A stretch of DNA of 64,000 nucleotides from Calditrichales bacterium (GTDB taxonomy: Bacteria; Calditrichota; Calditrichia; Calditrichales; J004): positions 4,384,001-4,448,000 of the forward strand of contig OZ254086.1 of NCBI GenBank assembly GCA_965267575.1. The letters are read 5' to 3'. Below are positions 9,813 through 20,678 of this stretch, piece after piece (position 1 is the stretch's first letter; every line of letters starts with the position of its first letter). The position numbers and the translations under genes are program-made. The notes beneath the pieces were generated by a model. It made no database searches. It had not been told where the DNA came from and was given only the letters and a program-made list of their open reading frames with translations.

Positions 9813-11933
9813 CTATTTTATTATGACGAATTTGCCCCTGTAAATTTTGTTACTGTCTAGATCCTTTACGGTGTAAAGATAGAGCCCGGTGGCGATGGCC
9901 TGGTCTTCGCTGGTAACCATATCCCAGGCGTGTTCGCCGCCCGGAAAGAGTGTTTGTCCATCGGAGAATTCCTGGTACCATTCAATATCGGTGCCGCTGT
10001 AGTTGGCTGCTTCGTGCATAAAACTATCCACCAGGTCTCCGGCAAGCGTGTAAATGCGCACCTGGCAACGGGCCGGGAGATTATAAAACATCAGGCGCCG
10101 CTCACGTTCAAAGCCGCCGTCCCACAAGGCGCTGGTTTTATACGGATTAGGATATACCCCCACTTCAAGGTCACCACCGCCGGTTTGGGCCGGTGTTCCG
10201 GGACTCACAACAACGGCGTTTTGCAGGTTGCTGCTTTCCAGGCTTTCCAGGTTCAGCGCCACATCGCCACTATCGAAAGCGGAAACGGCAAAGGCGTATT
10301 GCCAGCCATTATGCAGGCCGTCTATTTCAAGCTTGTAATTGTAGGTAACGGTTTCGCCCGTTTGCGGGTCGGTGTCAACAACAGGTGGGTCTAGGCGTAT
10401 CGATTCCAGGCCGGCATCATAAAAAAGTCCGTTTACGCGATCGTATTCACGGATAAGCTGCATATTATCAAAAACACCCAACTCGCCACGCAGGTCGTTG
10501 CCCAGAAACGAGCGGTAAACACGATAGCCTTCAAAATCCTGCTGGCGGGAAATCAGGTCAATCGACTCTTCAGATGAGTTGTCCCATAGAAGGGTCACTT
10601 TGCCGTTGTCCGGAATAACTTTAAGACGCGGTGCGTCCGGCGGTGTCGGCAGGATATAGCGGTCGAGGCGGCCGTTATCGATCAGGTCTTCCGTGGAATC
10701 GGTACCAACAAAATCCAGCCTGCCGTTGCGGTTATTATCTTCGCCGTAATAGGCGCGCAAGGCCCAGCCCACATTTTCATAGAGATTTTTCTTGGTGATA
10801 TCATTATCCGCGGAAGGCGGGAGATTACTGAATTTACGTGCGCATACAATCGCGAAAACCACATTGATCGATGAATCCGGCTCCAGCATTTCGAAGGGTC
10901 CCGTGGTAATCAGGCTCATAAAATTGCCGCGCTGTCCGCGAATATCGCTCTCGTAAATATCGTCATCGAGCGATTCACGCATTCTTTCGTAACGGGCAGC
11001 TTCCGTGTTGGGTGCCAGTTGCCAGTCTTCGGTACCACCACTGAAAAACCACCAGTTATGATTTACCTCGGCGTTGTAGCTGTTGTCATTTTTCTGGGCA
11101 TCCGCGCCGAGAAAAGCGAGTGCCACATAACTATTGGATTCAGTGTAATTGCCCCCGCCTTCAACTTCGTAGGCATACACCATGCGCCCAAGATCGGGAT
11201 CATCCGTGTACCCTACCCCAACATCCTGGTAAAAAGGACCACCAACACGCGGCGGCAAAATATTAGTATTGCGCACAACCATATCGGCCCATAGCCCGGC
11301 GTAAACATCGCGCAGCGTATCCTTGCGTCCGCCGTAGCCCACGTTTTTGATCGTATAGTTCATGATCACAAAAGCATCAGCAAAAGGATAATTCCAGGCG
11401 TAGGTTTCAAGGTGCACGGAAATGCCCAGCGGCTCGTGGTTGGGAATGCGCACGGCCGTGCCGGGGATAAAAATGTTGGTATCGCCAAAATCCATCACAA
11501 AATCCTGGTGACTGACGGCGGAGGGCGAATAAAAACGGTCCTGCGGCAAGGATGATCTTTCGACGATAATGTCGGTCGGCTCAGCGGTATTCGTAAACTC
11601 AAAATTGTTGGAACCGGCGGAGGCGATGCGCGCCGAGTTAAAGGCGCCGGTGGTTACCCTTTGCCCTTCCGATGTTTGTGCGCCGACCCAAAGGCCACCG
11701 TCAAAAATATGCTCAATCCCTGAACCCTTGGGGAATTCACAGGAGGGCTGATCGGTGGGCGCCTGGATAACAAAACCATCTCCGAAAACGCCATAATTGG
11801 AAAAAGTTATACCTATGTTGCCTTCGGTGGTGAAATTGTCGTTGTCATCAACAGAGGTCTTGGAAAAGCGCCGCGGGTCTTCCTGGGCGAGGCAAAATAC
11901 AAAAACGAGTAATAAGGCAGCAACGTGTCGCAT
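9813..11933 (-). CDS. Secreted protein with FN3-like domain and atypical C-terminal sorting domain, function unknown
   Basis: Signal peptide, EFPKGSGIEHIFDGGLWVGA, DFEGYRVYRS, VYPNPY..IATGLYLYTV..GKFVIIK; Ca-binding-like EDNNRNGRLD. Confidence 0.7.
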   Translation of the reverse strand: MRHVAALLLVFVFCLAQEDPRRFSKTSVDDNDNFTTEGNIGITFSNYGVFGDGFVIQAPTDQPSCEFPKGSGIEHIFDGGLWVGAQTSEGQRVTTGAFNSARIASAGSNNFEFTNTAEPTDIIVERSSLPQDRFYSPSAVSHQDFVMDFGDTNIFIPGTAVRIPNHEPLGISVHLETYAWNYPFADAFVIMNYTIKNVGYGGRKDTLRDVYAGLWADMVVRNTNILPPRVGGPFYQDVGVGYTDDPDLGRMVYAYEVEGGGNYTESNSYVALAFLGADAQKNDNSYNAEVNHNWWFFSGGTEDWQLAPNTEAARYERMRESLDDDIYESDIRGQRGNFMSLITTGPFEMLEPDSSINVVFAIVCARKFSNLPPSADNDITKKNLYENVGWALRAYYGEDNNRNGRLDFVGTDSTEDLIDNGRLDRYILPTPPDAPRLKVIPDNGKVTLLWDNSSEESIDLISRQQDFEGYRVYRSFLGNDLRGELGVFDNMQLIREYDRVNGLFYDAGLESIRLDPPVVDTDPQTGETVTYNYKLEIDGLHNGWQYAFAVSAFDSGDVALNLESLESSNLQNAVVVSPGTPAQTGGGDLEVGVYPNPYKTSALWDGGFERERRLMFYNLPARCQVRIYTLAGDLVDSFMHEAANYSGTDIEWYQEFSDGQTLFPGGEHAWDMVTSEDQAIATGLYLYTVKDLDSNKIYRGKFVIIK

Positions 11934-12045
11934 TGAAATATTCGGTTAATTTTTGGATTAGAGAACAATAATAGGGTGCTTATGTTAAGAAAATATTTTG
12001 AAAACAAAAAGAATAAATTTGCGAAAATCGATCAAAAAGACAGAA

Positions 12046-12075
12046 AATAAAAAAGGCCAGTCGAACCGGCCTTTT
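12046..12075 (-). terminator. Terminator after nqrF
   Basis: AAAAGGCC (12051-12058) pairs with GGCCTTTT (12068-12075), with a T-rich tail on the minus strand. Confidence 0.7.
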
Positions 12076-12080
12076 GTTGT

Positions 12081-13307
12081 CTAGAATTCGTCAAACGCGA
12101 TCATATCTTTTTCTACACCCAGGTTGTACAACATATTTTGTACAGCACTGATCATCATGGGCGGACCGCAGAGATAATACTCAATGTCCTCCGGTGCTTC
12201 ATGTTTACCCAGAAAAGTATCCTGAGCTACCTGGTGAATAAAACCAACAGGGCCCTCCCAGTTATCTTCGGGCAACGGGTCGGAAAGCGCCACAACATAA
12301 TTGAAGTTGGGATACTTCTCCTTTATCGCCTGGAAATCCTCATCATAGAACATTTCCCGCTTGGAACGCGCACCATAGAAAAAGGTCACTTTACGGCCTG
12401 TTTCCAGGGTGTGGAACAGGTGGAAAAGATGACTGCGCATGGGCGCCATACCGGCGCCGCCGCCGATATACACCATTTCACGGTCTGTATCTTTAATAAA
12501 GAATTCACCGTAGGGTCCGCTCACCGTTACCTTGTCACCCGGCTTGAGATTAAAGATAAAACTGGAGGAAATCCCTGGAGGAAAATCGGTTCCCGGGGGC
12601 GGCGTGGCAATCCGCACATTCAGCATTACGATGTTGCCTTCCGCCGGATGGTTGGCCATGGAATAGGCACGGAAAATTTCCTCATCATTGGAAGCTTTCA
12701 GGTCCCACAGGTTGTATTTATCCCAATCGCCGCGATATTCCTTTTCCACATCAAAATCCTTAAAGGAAAGATTGTAAGGCGGAATATAAATCTGGATATA
12801 GCCACCGGCTTCAAAATCGAGGTTTTGACCTTTAGGCAGTTCCAGGACCAATTCTTTAATGAACGTGGCAACATTGTTGTTGGAACGAACCGTACATTCA
12901 AATTTTTGAATATTAAATATCTCTTCGGGGATATGAATTTTCATATCCTCTTTCACTTTTACCTGGCAGGCCAGGCGCCAGTTTTCTTTTACCTGAGCTC
13001 TGGAAAGCTGGGATTCTTCCGTCGGCAGCACATCGCCGCCACCTTCCGTAATCTGGCAGGTACACATGGCGCAGGTCCCCTGTCCGCCACAGGCGGAGGG
13101 CAGGAAGATCCCATTATTGGATAGTGTGGTCAATAAATTTGCCCCGGCATCTACTTCCGGGCTTTTTTCCTCATCCCCGTTGATGAGAACTTTAACCTTG
13201 CCCTTGTTGATCAGCTTGCTTTCCGCGTAGGTCAGCGCAGCTACCAGCAAAAGAATGGTTGCAGAAAAAATCCCGGCACTCAGGGCCATGATTCCTAATG
13301 TAGGCAT
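12081..13307 (-). CDS. nqrF: Na+-translocating NADH:quinone reductase subunit F
   Basis: 2Fe-2S motif [36 protein letters not shown]. Confidence 0.97.
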   Translation of the reverse strand: MPTLGIMALSAGIFSATILLLVAALTYAESKLINKGKVKVLINGDEEKSPEVDAGANLLTTLSNNGIFLPSACGGQGTCAMCTCQITEGGGDVLPTEESQLSRAQVKENWRLACQVKVKEDMKIHIPEEIFNIQKFECTVRSNNNVATFIKELVLELPKGQNLDFEAGGYIQIYIPPYNLSFKDFDVEKEYRGDWDKYNLWDLKASNDEEIFRAYSMANHPAEGNIVMLNVRIATPPPGTDFPPGISSSFIFNLKPGDKVTVSGPYGEFFIKDTDREMVYIGGGAGMAPMRSHLFHLFHTLETGRKVTFFYGARSKREMFYDEDFQAIKEKYPNFNYVVALSDPLPEDNWEGPVGFIHQVAQDTFLGKHEAPEDIEYYLCGPPMMISAVQNMLYNLGVEKDMIAFDEF

Positions 13308-13324
13308 GACTCTCTACTCCGTCT

Positions 13325-13936
13325 TTAAAGTTGTATCCCGGCAAATACCATAAATGCCATAGACATTAAACCCGTGATAAGCATGGTTATTCCCAAACCT
13401 TTCAGTCCGTCGGGCACATTGGAATAACGCAGTTTTGTGCGAATAGCGGCCATGGAAACGATGGCTAAAAAGAAGCCGACACCGCTGCCAAAACCGAACA
13501 CGGCCGATTCACCCACCGTGTAATCGCGCTCCACCATAAACAGGGAGGAGCCCAGGATAGCGCAGTTAACAGCGATCAGGGGCAGAAAGATACCAAGCGC
13601 CGTATAAAGCTTTGGCGAAAAACGGTCCATGATCATTTCAACGAGCTGTACCATGGCTGCAATTACCGCGATGTAGGTAATAAAACCAAGAAAGCTCAGA
13701 TCCACTTCCGGCATGCCGGCCCAGCTAAGGGCGCCGTCACGCAACAGGTAGTTGTAAATGCCCCAGTTGGCCGGAACAGTAATCGTTAAAACAAAAACAA
13801 CGGCCATTCCCAGGCCTACGGACGTGTCTACTTTTTTGGAGACCGCCAGGAAAGAACACATGCCGAGAAAGAATGCCAGAAGTATGTTTTCAACAAATAC
13901 CGCTTTTACAAATAAACTAAGATAATGCTCTAACAT
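13325..13936 (-). CDS. nqrE: Na+-NQR subunit E
   Basis: [36 protein letters not shown]. Confidence 0.97.
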   Translation of the reverse strand: MLEHYLSLFVKAVFVENILLAFFLGMCSFLAVSKKVDTSVGLGMAVVFVLTITVPANWGIYNYLLRDGALSWAGMPEVDLSFLGFITYIAVIAAMVQLVEMIMDRFSPKLYTALGIFLPLIAVNCAILGSSLFMVERDYTVGESAVFGFGSGVGFFLAIVSMAAIRTKLRYSNVPDGLKGLGITMLITGLMSMAFMVFAGIQL

Positions 13937-13952
13937 CTTTTATACCTCAATC

Positions 13953-14624
13953 TTATTCGTGAACGGTTTTAGTGATGGCGCGCTGGACCCAGATCAACAG
14001 CCCGAGCAAAATAAACGCGCCGGGCGCCAGAACCATCAGGCCCATGTTTTCATAGCCGGCACCGTAGACGGCATCTGGAACAACCTGGAAGCCCATAAAT
14101 GAGCCGCTGCCCAAGACTTCACGTCCCACGGCAATAGCCATCAGAATCCAGCCGTAGCCCAGGGCATTGCCCAGTCCGTCCAGGAACGAAGGCCAGGGCT
14201 TGTTTTGCAGCGCAAACGCTTCGGCACGTCCCATAATAATACAGTTTGTAATGATCAGTCCCACGAATACACTGAGCTGTTTACTGATATCATACAAGTA
14301 TGCTTTTAGAATCTGGTCTACCAGAATAACGAGCGACGCAATAACCGCCAGTTCTACAATAATGCGGATCTTGGAGGGTATCTGCTTACGCAGCAGCGAG
14401 ATTGTCACATTGGAAAACGTTAAAACAAACATAACCGCCAGTGACATTACCAGCGCTGTTTTCATTTGAACGGTAACGGCCAGTGCCGAACAGATACCAA
14501 GAACCTGGAAGCTAATCGGGTTATTGTCACTCAGGGGTTCGCGAAGAACCTTGAGATTCTTTTTCGAAAAAAGCTTCTCTTTTGGCGGTTTTGGTGGTGT
14601 GGTTTGAACAGGTGCATCAGCCAT
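13953..14624 (-). CDS. nqrD: Na+-NQR subunit D
   Basis: [36 protein letters not shown]. Confidence 0.97.
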   Translation of the reverse strand: MADAPVQTTPPKPPKEKLFSKKNLKVLREPLSDNNPISFQVLGICSALAVTVQMKTALVMSLAVMFVLTFSNVTISLLRKQIPSKIRIIVELAVIASLVILVDQILKAYLYDISKQLSVFVGLIITNCIIMGRAEAFALQNKPWPSFLDGLGNALGYGWILMAIAVGREVLGSGSFMGFQVVPDAVYGAGYENMGLMVLAPGAFILLGLLIWVQRAITKTVHE

Positions 14625-15350
14625 TTAGATCTCCTCCCGCTTTTGGCGTTCTTTTCTGAAAAATGGTTCGTAAGTCTTCAGATCGCGGCGTAAAAACTGC
14701 TCCAGCCCGCGTCCGGTCAGCGTTGAACCGCTTATACCGTCAACATAAAAATCGCGCTGGTCTTCAGAAATTTTGTCTATAACTTTGCCGCGAACTACAC
14801 CTATGGAAACCAGGTTGTCATTTTGATCAAAAATCTTCTTGCCAATGAAATTTACAGTAAACCACCCTTTTTCAACTTCGCCGCCCAAACCGGGTGTTTC
14901 ACCGTGCTGGTAAAAGGTAATACCCTTTACCGTGTTCAAATCGGTTTCAAGAGCGAAATAACCATAAAGGGTGCTCCACAAGCCTTTCCCGCTGATCGGG
15001 ATAACGTAGGCCTGTATTTCACCGTCTTTTACATATTCATACAAAGGATGAAGGTTGGGTTGCGTATCGGAATCTATTTCAATTGGATTCATTCCTTCGA
15101 CAATATCACCGTTGTCATCAACAACCATCTCTTTGATATTCTGCTTGTACAGCTCTTCGATTTGCTGCCTTGAAAAAGTTTCCCCTTCTGCCGGCTTAAT
15201 GCCGACAACGGAAAGGATATTCTTTTTAATATCCAGCTTTACGTTTGCTTCCTGGCGCGGCTTTAAAAGCGTGGCCGCGGCGGCAAGCAACAGGCTGCAA
15301 GCCAGGGTTATAATAAGGGCGAACCGAAAGGTACGGATATTCTCACGCAC
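14625..15350 (-). CDS. nqrC: Na+-NQR subunit C
   Basis: GKGLWSTLYG, HGETPGLGGE, FMN-site-like DGISGSTLT. GTG start overlaps the nqrB stop. Confidence 0.95.
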   Translation of the reverse strand: MRENIRTFRFALIITLACSLLLAAAATLLKPRQEANVKLDIKKNILSVVGIKPAEGETFSRQQIEELYKQNIKEMVVDDNGDIVEGMNPIEIDSDTQPNLHPLYEYVKDGEIQAYVIPISGKGLWSTLYGYFALETDLNTVKGITFYQHGETPGLGGEVEKGWFTVNFIGKKIFDQNDNLVSIGVVRGKVIDKISEDQRDFYVDGISGSTLTGRGLEQFLRRDLKTYEPFFRKERQKREEI

Positions 15351-16521
15351 GGCTTAACCTCCTTTTTATATTGGCCCGCACAACATAATGGTCAATAAGC
15401 GGGGCAAATACGTTCATAAACAGAATGGCCAGCATCACACCTTCGGGATAGGCCGGGTTTACCGTTCGTATCAGCACGGCCAGTAAACCGATCAATAACC
15501 CGTATACCCACTTTCCTGTTCCGGTTTGTGATGCGGATACAGGGTCGGTAGCCATAAACACCGCTCCAAAAGCAAAACCGCCCATAATCAGGTGATATTC
15601 CGCCGGTAATGTCCACATGCCGCTGGATTCGGGGCCGGCCATGAAATTGAGTCCAAAAGCCATCAGAACGGCACCTACAACCATAGACGCCATAATCTGC
15701 CAACTCCCGACACCGGTGATTATCAGCACCACCGCGCCAATGAGCGCCATAAGCGCCGACGTCTCTCCTATACTGCCCGGTATCAGCCCAAGGAACATAT
15801 CCCATTGACTAAAACTTGCCAGCACATTGCCCACCGAAGAAATACCGGCATCCGTATTGGAAGCGATCAGCAGTGGTGTCGCGCCACTGTAACCATCTAC
15901 CAGTTTCTGGCTGGTATCAACGGCGGTCCATACTTTGTCACCGGAGATATACGCGGGATAGGCAAAGAATACAAAGGCCCGCGCGGTCAACGCCGGGTTC
16001 AGGATATTCATACCTGTTCCGCCAAAAACTTCCTTACCGATAACAACGCCAAAGGTGATGCCCATGGCCACCTGCCACAACGGTATGGTAGGCGGCAGCG
16101 TTAACGGAAAAAGCAATCCTGTTACAAGAAAGCCTTCGTTTACCTCATGCTTGCGCACAACCGCAAATACTACCTCCCATAAACCACCGACGGCATAAGA
16201 AACCAGGATTATCGGCAGCACCTGGATGGCGCCAAAGGCAAACATTTCCATCAATGTGGCTTGCTGGCCCAAAGCGTAAAAATGCTGGTAGCCAACATTG
16301 TACATACCAAAAAGTGTCGCCGGAATCAGCGCCACCACTACCATCATCATAAATCTTTTTGTGTCCAGACCATCGCGCACGTGGGGTCCGCCCTTGGTGC
16401 GTTCGTTGGTCCAGAAAAGTATCGTCTCACCGGCTTCATACAGCGGATAATACTTTTCCAGCTTTCCGCCCTTTTCGAAGAGCGGCCGCTGCTTTTCCAT
16501 TAGTGTGTGTAGAAAATTCAA
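15343..16521 (-). CDS. nqrB: Na+-NQR subunit B
   Basis: FEKGGKLEK, VNEGFLVTG, FGGTGMNILNPAL, SGAT, MATDPVSA. Probable TTG start at 16521 preceded by GAGGG. Confidence 0.96.
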   Translation of the reverse strand: MNFLHTLMEKQRPLFEKGGKLEKYYPLYEAGETILFWTNERTKGGPHVRDGLDTKRFMMMVVVALIPATLFGMYNVGYQHFYALGQQATLMEMFAFGAIQVLPIILVSYAVGGLWEVVFAVVRKHEVNEGFLVTGLLFPLTLPPTIPLWQVAMGITFGVVIGKEVFGGTGMNILNPALTARAFVFFAYPAYISGDKVWTAVDTSQKLVDGYSGATPLLIASNTDAGISSVGNVLASFSQWDMFLGLIPGSIGETSALMALIGAVVLIITGVGSWQIMASMVVGAVLMAFGLNFMAGPESSGMWTLPAEYHLIMGGFAFGAVFMATDPVSASQTGTGKWVYGLLIGLLAVLIRTVNPAYPEGVMLAILFMNVFAPLIDHYVVRANIKRRLSRA

Positions 16522-16537
16522 TTTGACTACCCTCTTT

Positions 16538-17902
16538 TTAACCTTCTTTTTCAATCAGATCGAGACCTTCGCGCAGGATGCCGCCAAAGTCATACTTGGA
16601 AGGACAGATATAGCTGCATAAGGCAATGTCCTCTTCCACCAATTCCAGAATACCCAGGCCTTCCATCTCTTCGATGTCGTCTGCCATAATGCTCTTCACC
16701 AGGTAAACCGGATAAATATCCATCGGCAGCACCTCTTCATAAAGGCCGCTCAAAACAAATGCGCGATCGCTTCCGTTCTTCAGCGTGCTTACCTCAAAGC
16801 CGACTTTGGGCAGCCAGCGGGAAAGAAACGTACGCGAATAGCTCGCAACATCTCCGCCGGGACGGAACCAGCCGACCAGCTTTTTCTCTTTCGGACCTTC
16901 GGGAATGACGCAGAGCAGGTTGTCATAAAATCCGACAAATCCGTTTAGCTGTTTTTTAGTCCCGGTCAAAACATCGCCGGAGATGGCGCGAACGTCACCA
17001 TAGGCAATGTTGTCTTCATTAACAAACAGCGAGATGGGCGCGCCAACCATTGTTTTAAAATAAACATGCTCATTAATGCCGTTACCGGCGATAGAGATAA
17101 TACGTTCGGTGGGTATTTTGCCGCTGGCGAACAGCTTGCCGATCATCGCAACAAAATAGGGTTTGACGGTCCAGATAACATCCCCACGGCGGATCGGTGC
17201 CACGTGGTGGATGTGAACACCAACGTTACCCGCCGGGTGCGGCCCGCTGAAACTGTTTTTTTCCACATTGTTAACCTGAGTAAAAGCCGCCGCCGGGCTC
17301 TTATCACGTCCATCGACGCCAAGGTAAACTTTACCTTCAGTCAGTTTTTGCAGGATATCAACGCCAAACTGGAATTCCTTCTCCAGCCCATCCATAATAA
17401 AATTCACGTCACTGGCCAATGGAGAGGTATCCATGGCCGAAATAAAAATATCACGCGGCTGAGCAGACGGATCGGCGATTTTACCGAACGGCCGCTGAAT
17501 AATCAGGGGCCACATGCCGCTATCGAGCAGCGTCTTTTTGATCTCGTCGGCAGAAGCGCTGCCCAGCTTATCCGCAGTCAGCGCGGGGAAAGTAATCTCC
17601 TCACTTTTCCCGTCACTTTCGATGATCACTTCTGTAATTTTGCGCCTTTCGCCCCTGTTTATGGCAACCACTTTGCCACTTACCGGAGAGGTAAATTTGA
17701 CTTCCGGACGGGCCTTGTCATGAAAAAGCGGGCTGCCTTTTTTTACCTGGCTGCCCTCTTCCACCTCTAGCCTGGCCTTCATGCCTTTAAAATCGACCGG
17801 TTGTAAGGCCACACGCTGCGGGGGCGCAACTTCCTTATAGCGTAATTCGGCCTTGCCCGCGATTTTGATATCAAAACCACGTTTAAGATTAAAATCTGCC
17901 AT
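16538..17902 (-). CDS. nqrA: Na+-NQR subunit A
   Basis: SPVSGKVVAINRGERR, GPHPAGNVGVHIH, EEDIALCSYICPSK. Confidence 0.96.
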   Translation of the reverse strand: MADFNLKRGFDIKIAGKAELRYKEVAPPQRVALQPVDFKGMKARLEVEEGSQVKKGSPLFHDKARPEVKFTSPVSGKVVAINRGERRKITEVIIESDGKSEEITFPALTADKLGSASADEIKKTLLDSGMWPLIIQRPFGKIADPSAQPRDIFISAMDTSPLASDVNFIMDGLEKEFQFGVDILQKLTEGKVYLGVDGRDKSPAAAFTQVNNVEKNSFSGPHPAGNVGVHIHHVAPIRRGDVIWTVKPYFVAMIGKLFASGKIPTERIISIAGNGINEHVYFKTMVGAPISLFVNEDNIAYGDVRAISGDVLTGTKKQLNGFVGFYDNLLCVIPEGPKEKKLVGWFRPGGDVASYSRTFLSRWLPKVGFEVSTLKNGSDRAFVLSGLYEEVLPMDIYPVYLVKSIMADDIEEMEGLGILELVEEDIALCSYICPSKYDFGGILREGLDLIEKEG

Positions 17903-18181
17903 CGCTTGTCCCTGTTTGGTTCCTTTTATTAAGCCTCTCGGAATGCTCCCAAAAGACGCTCAAAATGATTATTTTCACATAGTCACAAAATTTAAGGCAT
18001 CGTAACTTGTTACACAAACGAAATTATTGCTTCTTGCTTAATAATTAAAAGTCGACAAAATAAGCACAATATTTTCGGACACGCAAATTTATCGATTAGC
18101 AAATACTTTAAAATATTTCGGCATATTTGTACATTACGTGCTTGAATTTTTAGCAGCACAGGCAGCAGCGCGATTTTCCCA

Positions 18182-18778
18182 ATGAATCTTGCAAACATCT
18201 TAACTGTATCACGCATCATTATAACACCCGTTTTTGCTTACTTTTTTCTGCAAAGCGAACTCTCCAGCAAAGTGGGCGCGGTTGTTCTTTTTTTTATGGC
18301 CTCCATCACAGACTGGTATGATGGCTACTGGGCAAGGCGGCGCAATGTTATTACACGTTTCGGACAGTTTCTGGACCCCGTGGCGGATAAAATTCTGGTC
18401 TCCACGGCACTGGCTCTGTTCGCCTGGCTGGACTATGTCTATCTCTGGATGATCGTTCTCATCATCGCCCGCGACGCACTGATAACCTCCCTGCGCATGT
18501 ACGCGCTGTACCGCGGCAAGGTGATCATTACCAGCGTTTTCGCAAAATGGAAAACCTTCGTTCAGATGATTTTTGTCTTTTTGCTGCTAATTTACATCAG
18601 CATCCCCGGGCTGCCGGATATTACGCTGCATTACACTTACAAAGATTATTTCCTCTGGACCACGATTCTGGCTTTGATCGTTGTTTTGCTTACGGTCGCC
18701 AGCGGCGTTCATTACCTCATTTACAATCGTTCCCACATCATTGAACTGTTCCGGCGGCTGGCCCGGCTGTGGAGCTAG
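18182..18778 (+). CDS. pgsA: CDP-diacylglycerol--glycerol-3-phosphate 3-phosphatidyltransferase
   Basis: ANILTVSRI and the CDP-alcohol motif TDWYDGYWARR..FGQFLDPVADK. Confidence 0.93.
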   Translation: MNLANILTVSRIIITPVFAYFFLQSELSSKVGAVVLFFMASITDWYDGYWARRRNVITRFGQFLDPVADKILVSTALALFAWLDYVYLWMIVLIIARDALITSLRMYALYRGKVIITSVFAKWKTFVQMIFVFLLLIYISIPGLPDITLHYTYKDYFLWTTILALIVVLLTVASGVHYLIYNRSHIIELFRRLARLWS

Positions 18779-19233
18779 CGGGCGTGGAAAAACTGGCTTT
18801 AATTATCTGCAGCGGACTGGGAAGCGGTTTTGCCCCCAAAGCGCCGGGCACCGTGGGCAGTTTGCTAATAGTGCTCGTTGTTGGTCTGGCTTCACCGCCT
18901 TTATGGGTTATGGTTGCCCTTTTTTTTATTGTAACGATTGTGGGGATCCTCCTGACGCCATTTGTGGAGCGCACGCACGGTAAAGACCCGGGGGTGATTG
19001 TGATTGACGAGTGGAGCGGTCAACTGCTGGCCTTGTGTTTATTTATCCCCGGCAGTGTTTCCTGGATAACCCTGTCGGCGGCGTTTGTTCTGTTCCGCCT
19101 GCTGGATATCTGGAAGCCGCTGGGCATCGACAACCTGCAAAAGCTGCCCGGCGGCTGGGGCGTTATGCTGGATGACGTTCTTGCGGGACTCTATGTGAAT
19201 ATTATTTTACACGCGTATCTGATATTTTTGTAA
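18769..19233 (+). CDS. pgpA: Phosphatidylglycerophosphatase A
   Basis: PKAPGTVGS, DPGVIVIDE, FRLLDIWKP, GVMLDDVLAG. Confidence 0.93.
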   Translation: MELAGVEKLALIICSGLGSGFAPKAPGTVGSLLIVLVVGLASPPLWVMVALFFIVTIVGILLTPFVERTHGKDPGVIVIDEWSGQLLALCLFIPGSVSWITLSAAFVLFRLLDIWKPLGIDNLQKLPGGWGVMLDDVLAGLYVNIILHAYLIFL

Positions 19234-19433
19234 ACGGTGGTTAAATTAAAGTAGCAGCAACGGGTAACGTGAAATTTATTTCGCACTATTGCACAAAACG
19301 CTGCACAAAAGTGCCATTCTGAACTACGAAAAATGCGCTGCCCTTTCAACATTGACCGGGATCAAGAGTACGACCACGATCAGGATTTTGCCTGATTAAC
19401 ATCATGTTCATCACAGAAAAAAACGGATAAAAG

Positions 19434-20678
19434 ATGAATACAAAAGTTGAACTAATCAGCATTGGTGATGAGATACTGGCCGGTTACACGGTCAACACCA
19501 ACGCCTCCTGGATTGCGCGCAAGCTGCTGGATGTGGGATTGACCGTCCATTGGATTACGACGATCTCCGATGAGGAGAGCGAGATCATGGAAGCGCTGAA
19601 GAGGGCCAACAGCCGCGCCGGCACCGTAATCGTAACAGGAGGCCTGGGCCCCACCCCGGATGATATCACCAAAAATACAATCTGCCGTTTTTTTAATGCC
19701 GAACTGGTGCAGAATGACGAGGTACTGGAAAACATAAAAGAGCTGTTTAAAAGCCGCAACCGCGATCTGCTGAAATCCAACATCGCTCAGGCGCTGGTAC
19801 CGGAGGGTGCCCGGGTGGTGCAAAATACACGCGGCACCGCCCCGGCAGTCATAATGGAAAAAGAGGACACTTTTTTCTGCTTTATGCCCGGCGTGCCCAG
19901 CGAAATGAAAGGCATGTTCGATCCACACGTGCTCGATATGCTGCGCGAAGAAAAAAAGCCGGGCAAAGTCCACACACACCTTTTGCGTACGACGGGCATT
20001 GCCGAGTCAAGCCTGCTGGACATGCTGCAGGATCTGATCGACGAGCATCCCGATTTCCCTTTTGCTTTTCTGCCGCGGCACATAGGCGTGGATCTGCGTT
20101 TTCGGCTTATAACAAATGATGAACAAAAGCTTCAAAACTGGAAAGATTTTATCGCCGCCATTCAGGACAAGGCCCACAAGTATATTTTTGCCGATCACGA
20201 AATTGAGCTACAGGAGGTGCTCCTGAAACTGCTGAAGGAGCATGACCTCACCCTCTCCGTCGCCGAAAGCTTTACGGGAGGCCTGCTCTCGGATTGGCTT
20301 ACAGACATTCCCGGCTGCTCAGCGGTGCTTAAGGGAAGCGTGGTTGCTTACGCCAATGAAATCAAGAACAGCGCTCTGGGCGTTAAGGATGATACACTGA
20401 AAAAGCACGGCGCTGTCAGCGAAGAAACTGCGCTGGAAATGGCCCGGGGTATTCAAAAATATTTTAACACATCCTGCGGCATCGCCACGACCGGTATTGC
20501 GGGTCCATCAGGAGGCAGCAAAGAAAAGCCGGTAGGTCTGGCCTACATAGCCGCCTGTTACGGGGACAAGCAGAACGTGCGTCGCTTCCATTTCGGCAAC
20601 GACCGCTCCATTATAAAAATGCGCGGCGCGATGGCCGGGCTGGAACTGCTGCGCCGCCTCATACTGGATCCGGACTGA
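19434..20678 (+). CDS. cinA: Competence/damage-inducible protein CinA (MoCF-like domain plus PncC)
   Basis: IGDEILAG..NTNA, GGLGPTPDD, AESFTGG, TGIAGPSGG. Confidence 0.95.
   Translation: MNTKVELISIGDEILAGYTVNTNASWIARKLLDVGLTVHWITTISDEESEIMEALKRANSRAGTVIVTGGLGPTPDDITKNTICRFFNAELVQNDEVLENIKELFKSRNRDLLKSNIAQALVPEGARVVQNTRGTAPAVIMEKEDTFFCFMPGVPSEMKGMFDPHVLDMLREEKKPGKVHTHLLRTTGIAESSLLDMLQDLIDEHPDFPFAFLPRHIGVDLRFRLITNDEQKLQNWKDFIAAIQDKAHKYIFADHEIELQEVLLKLLKEHDLTLSVAESFTGGLLSDWLTDIPGCSAVLKGSVVAYANEIKNSALGVKDDTLKKHGAVSEETALEMARGIQKYFNTSCGIATTGIAGPSGGSKEKPVGLAYIAACYGDKQNVRRFHFGNDRSIIKMRGAMAGLELLRRLILDPD

Noticed and set aside
12138..13124. 328-aa ORF antisense to nqrF
   Set aside because: Shadow ORF of a clearly identified gene.
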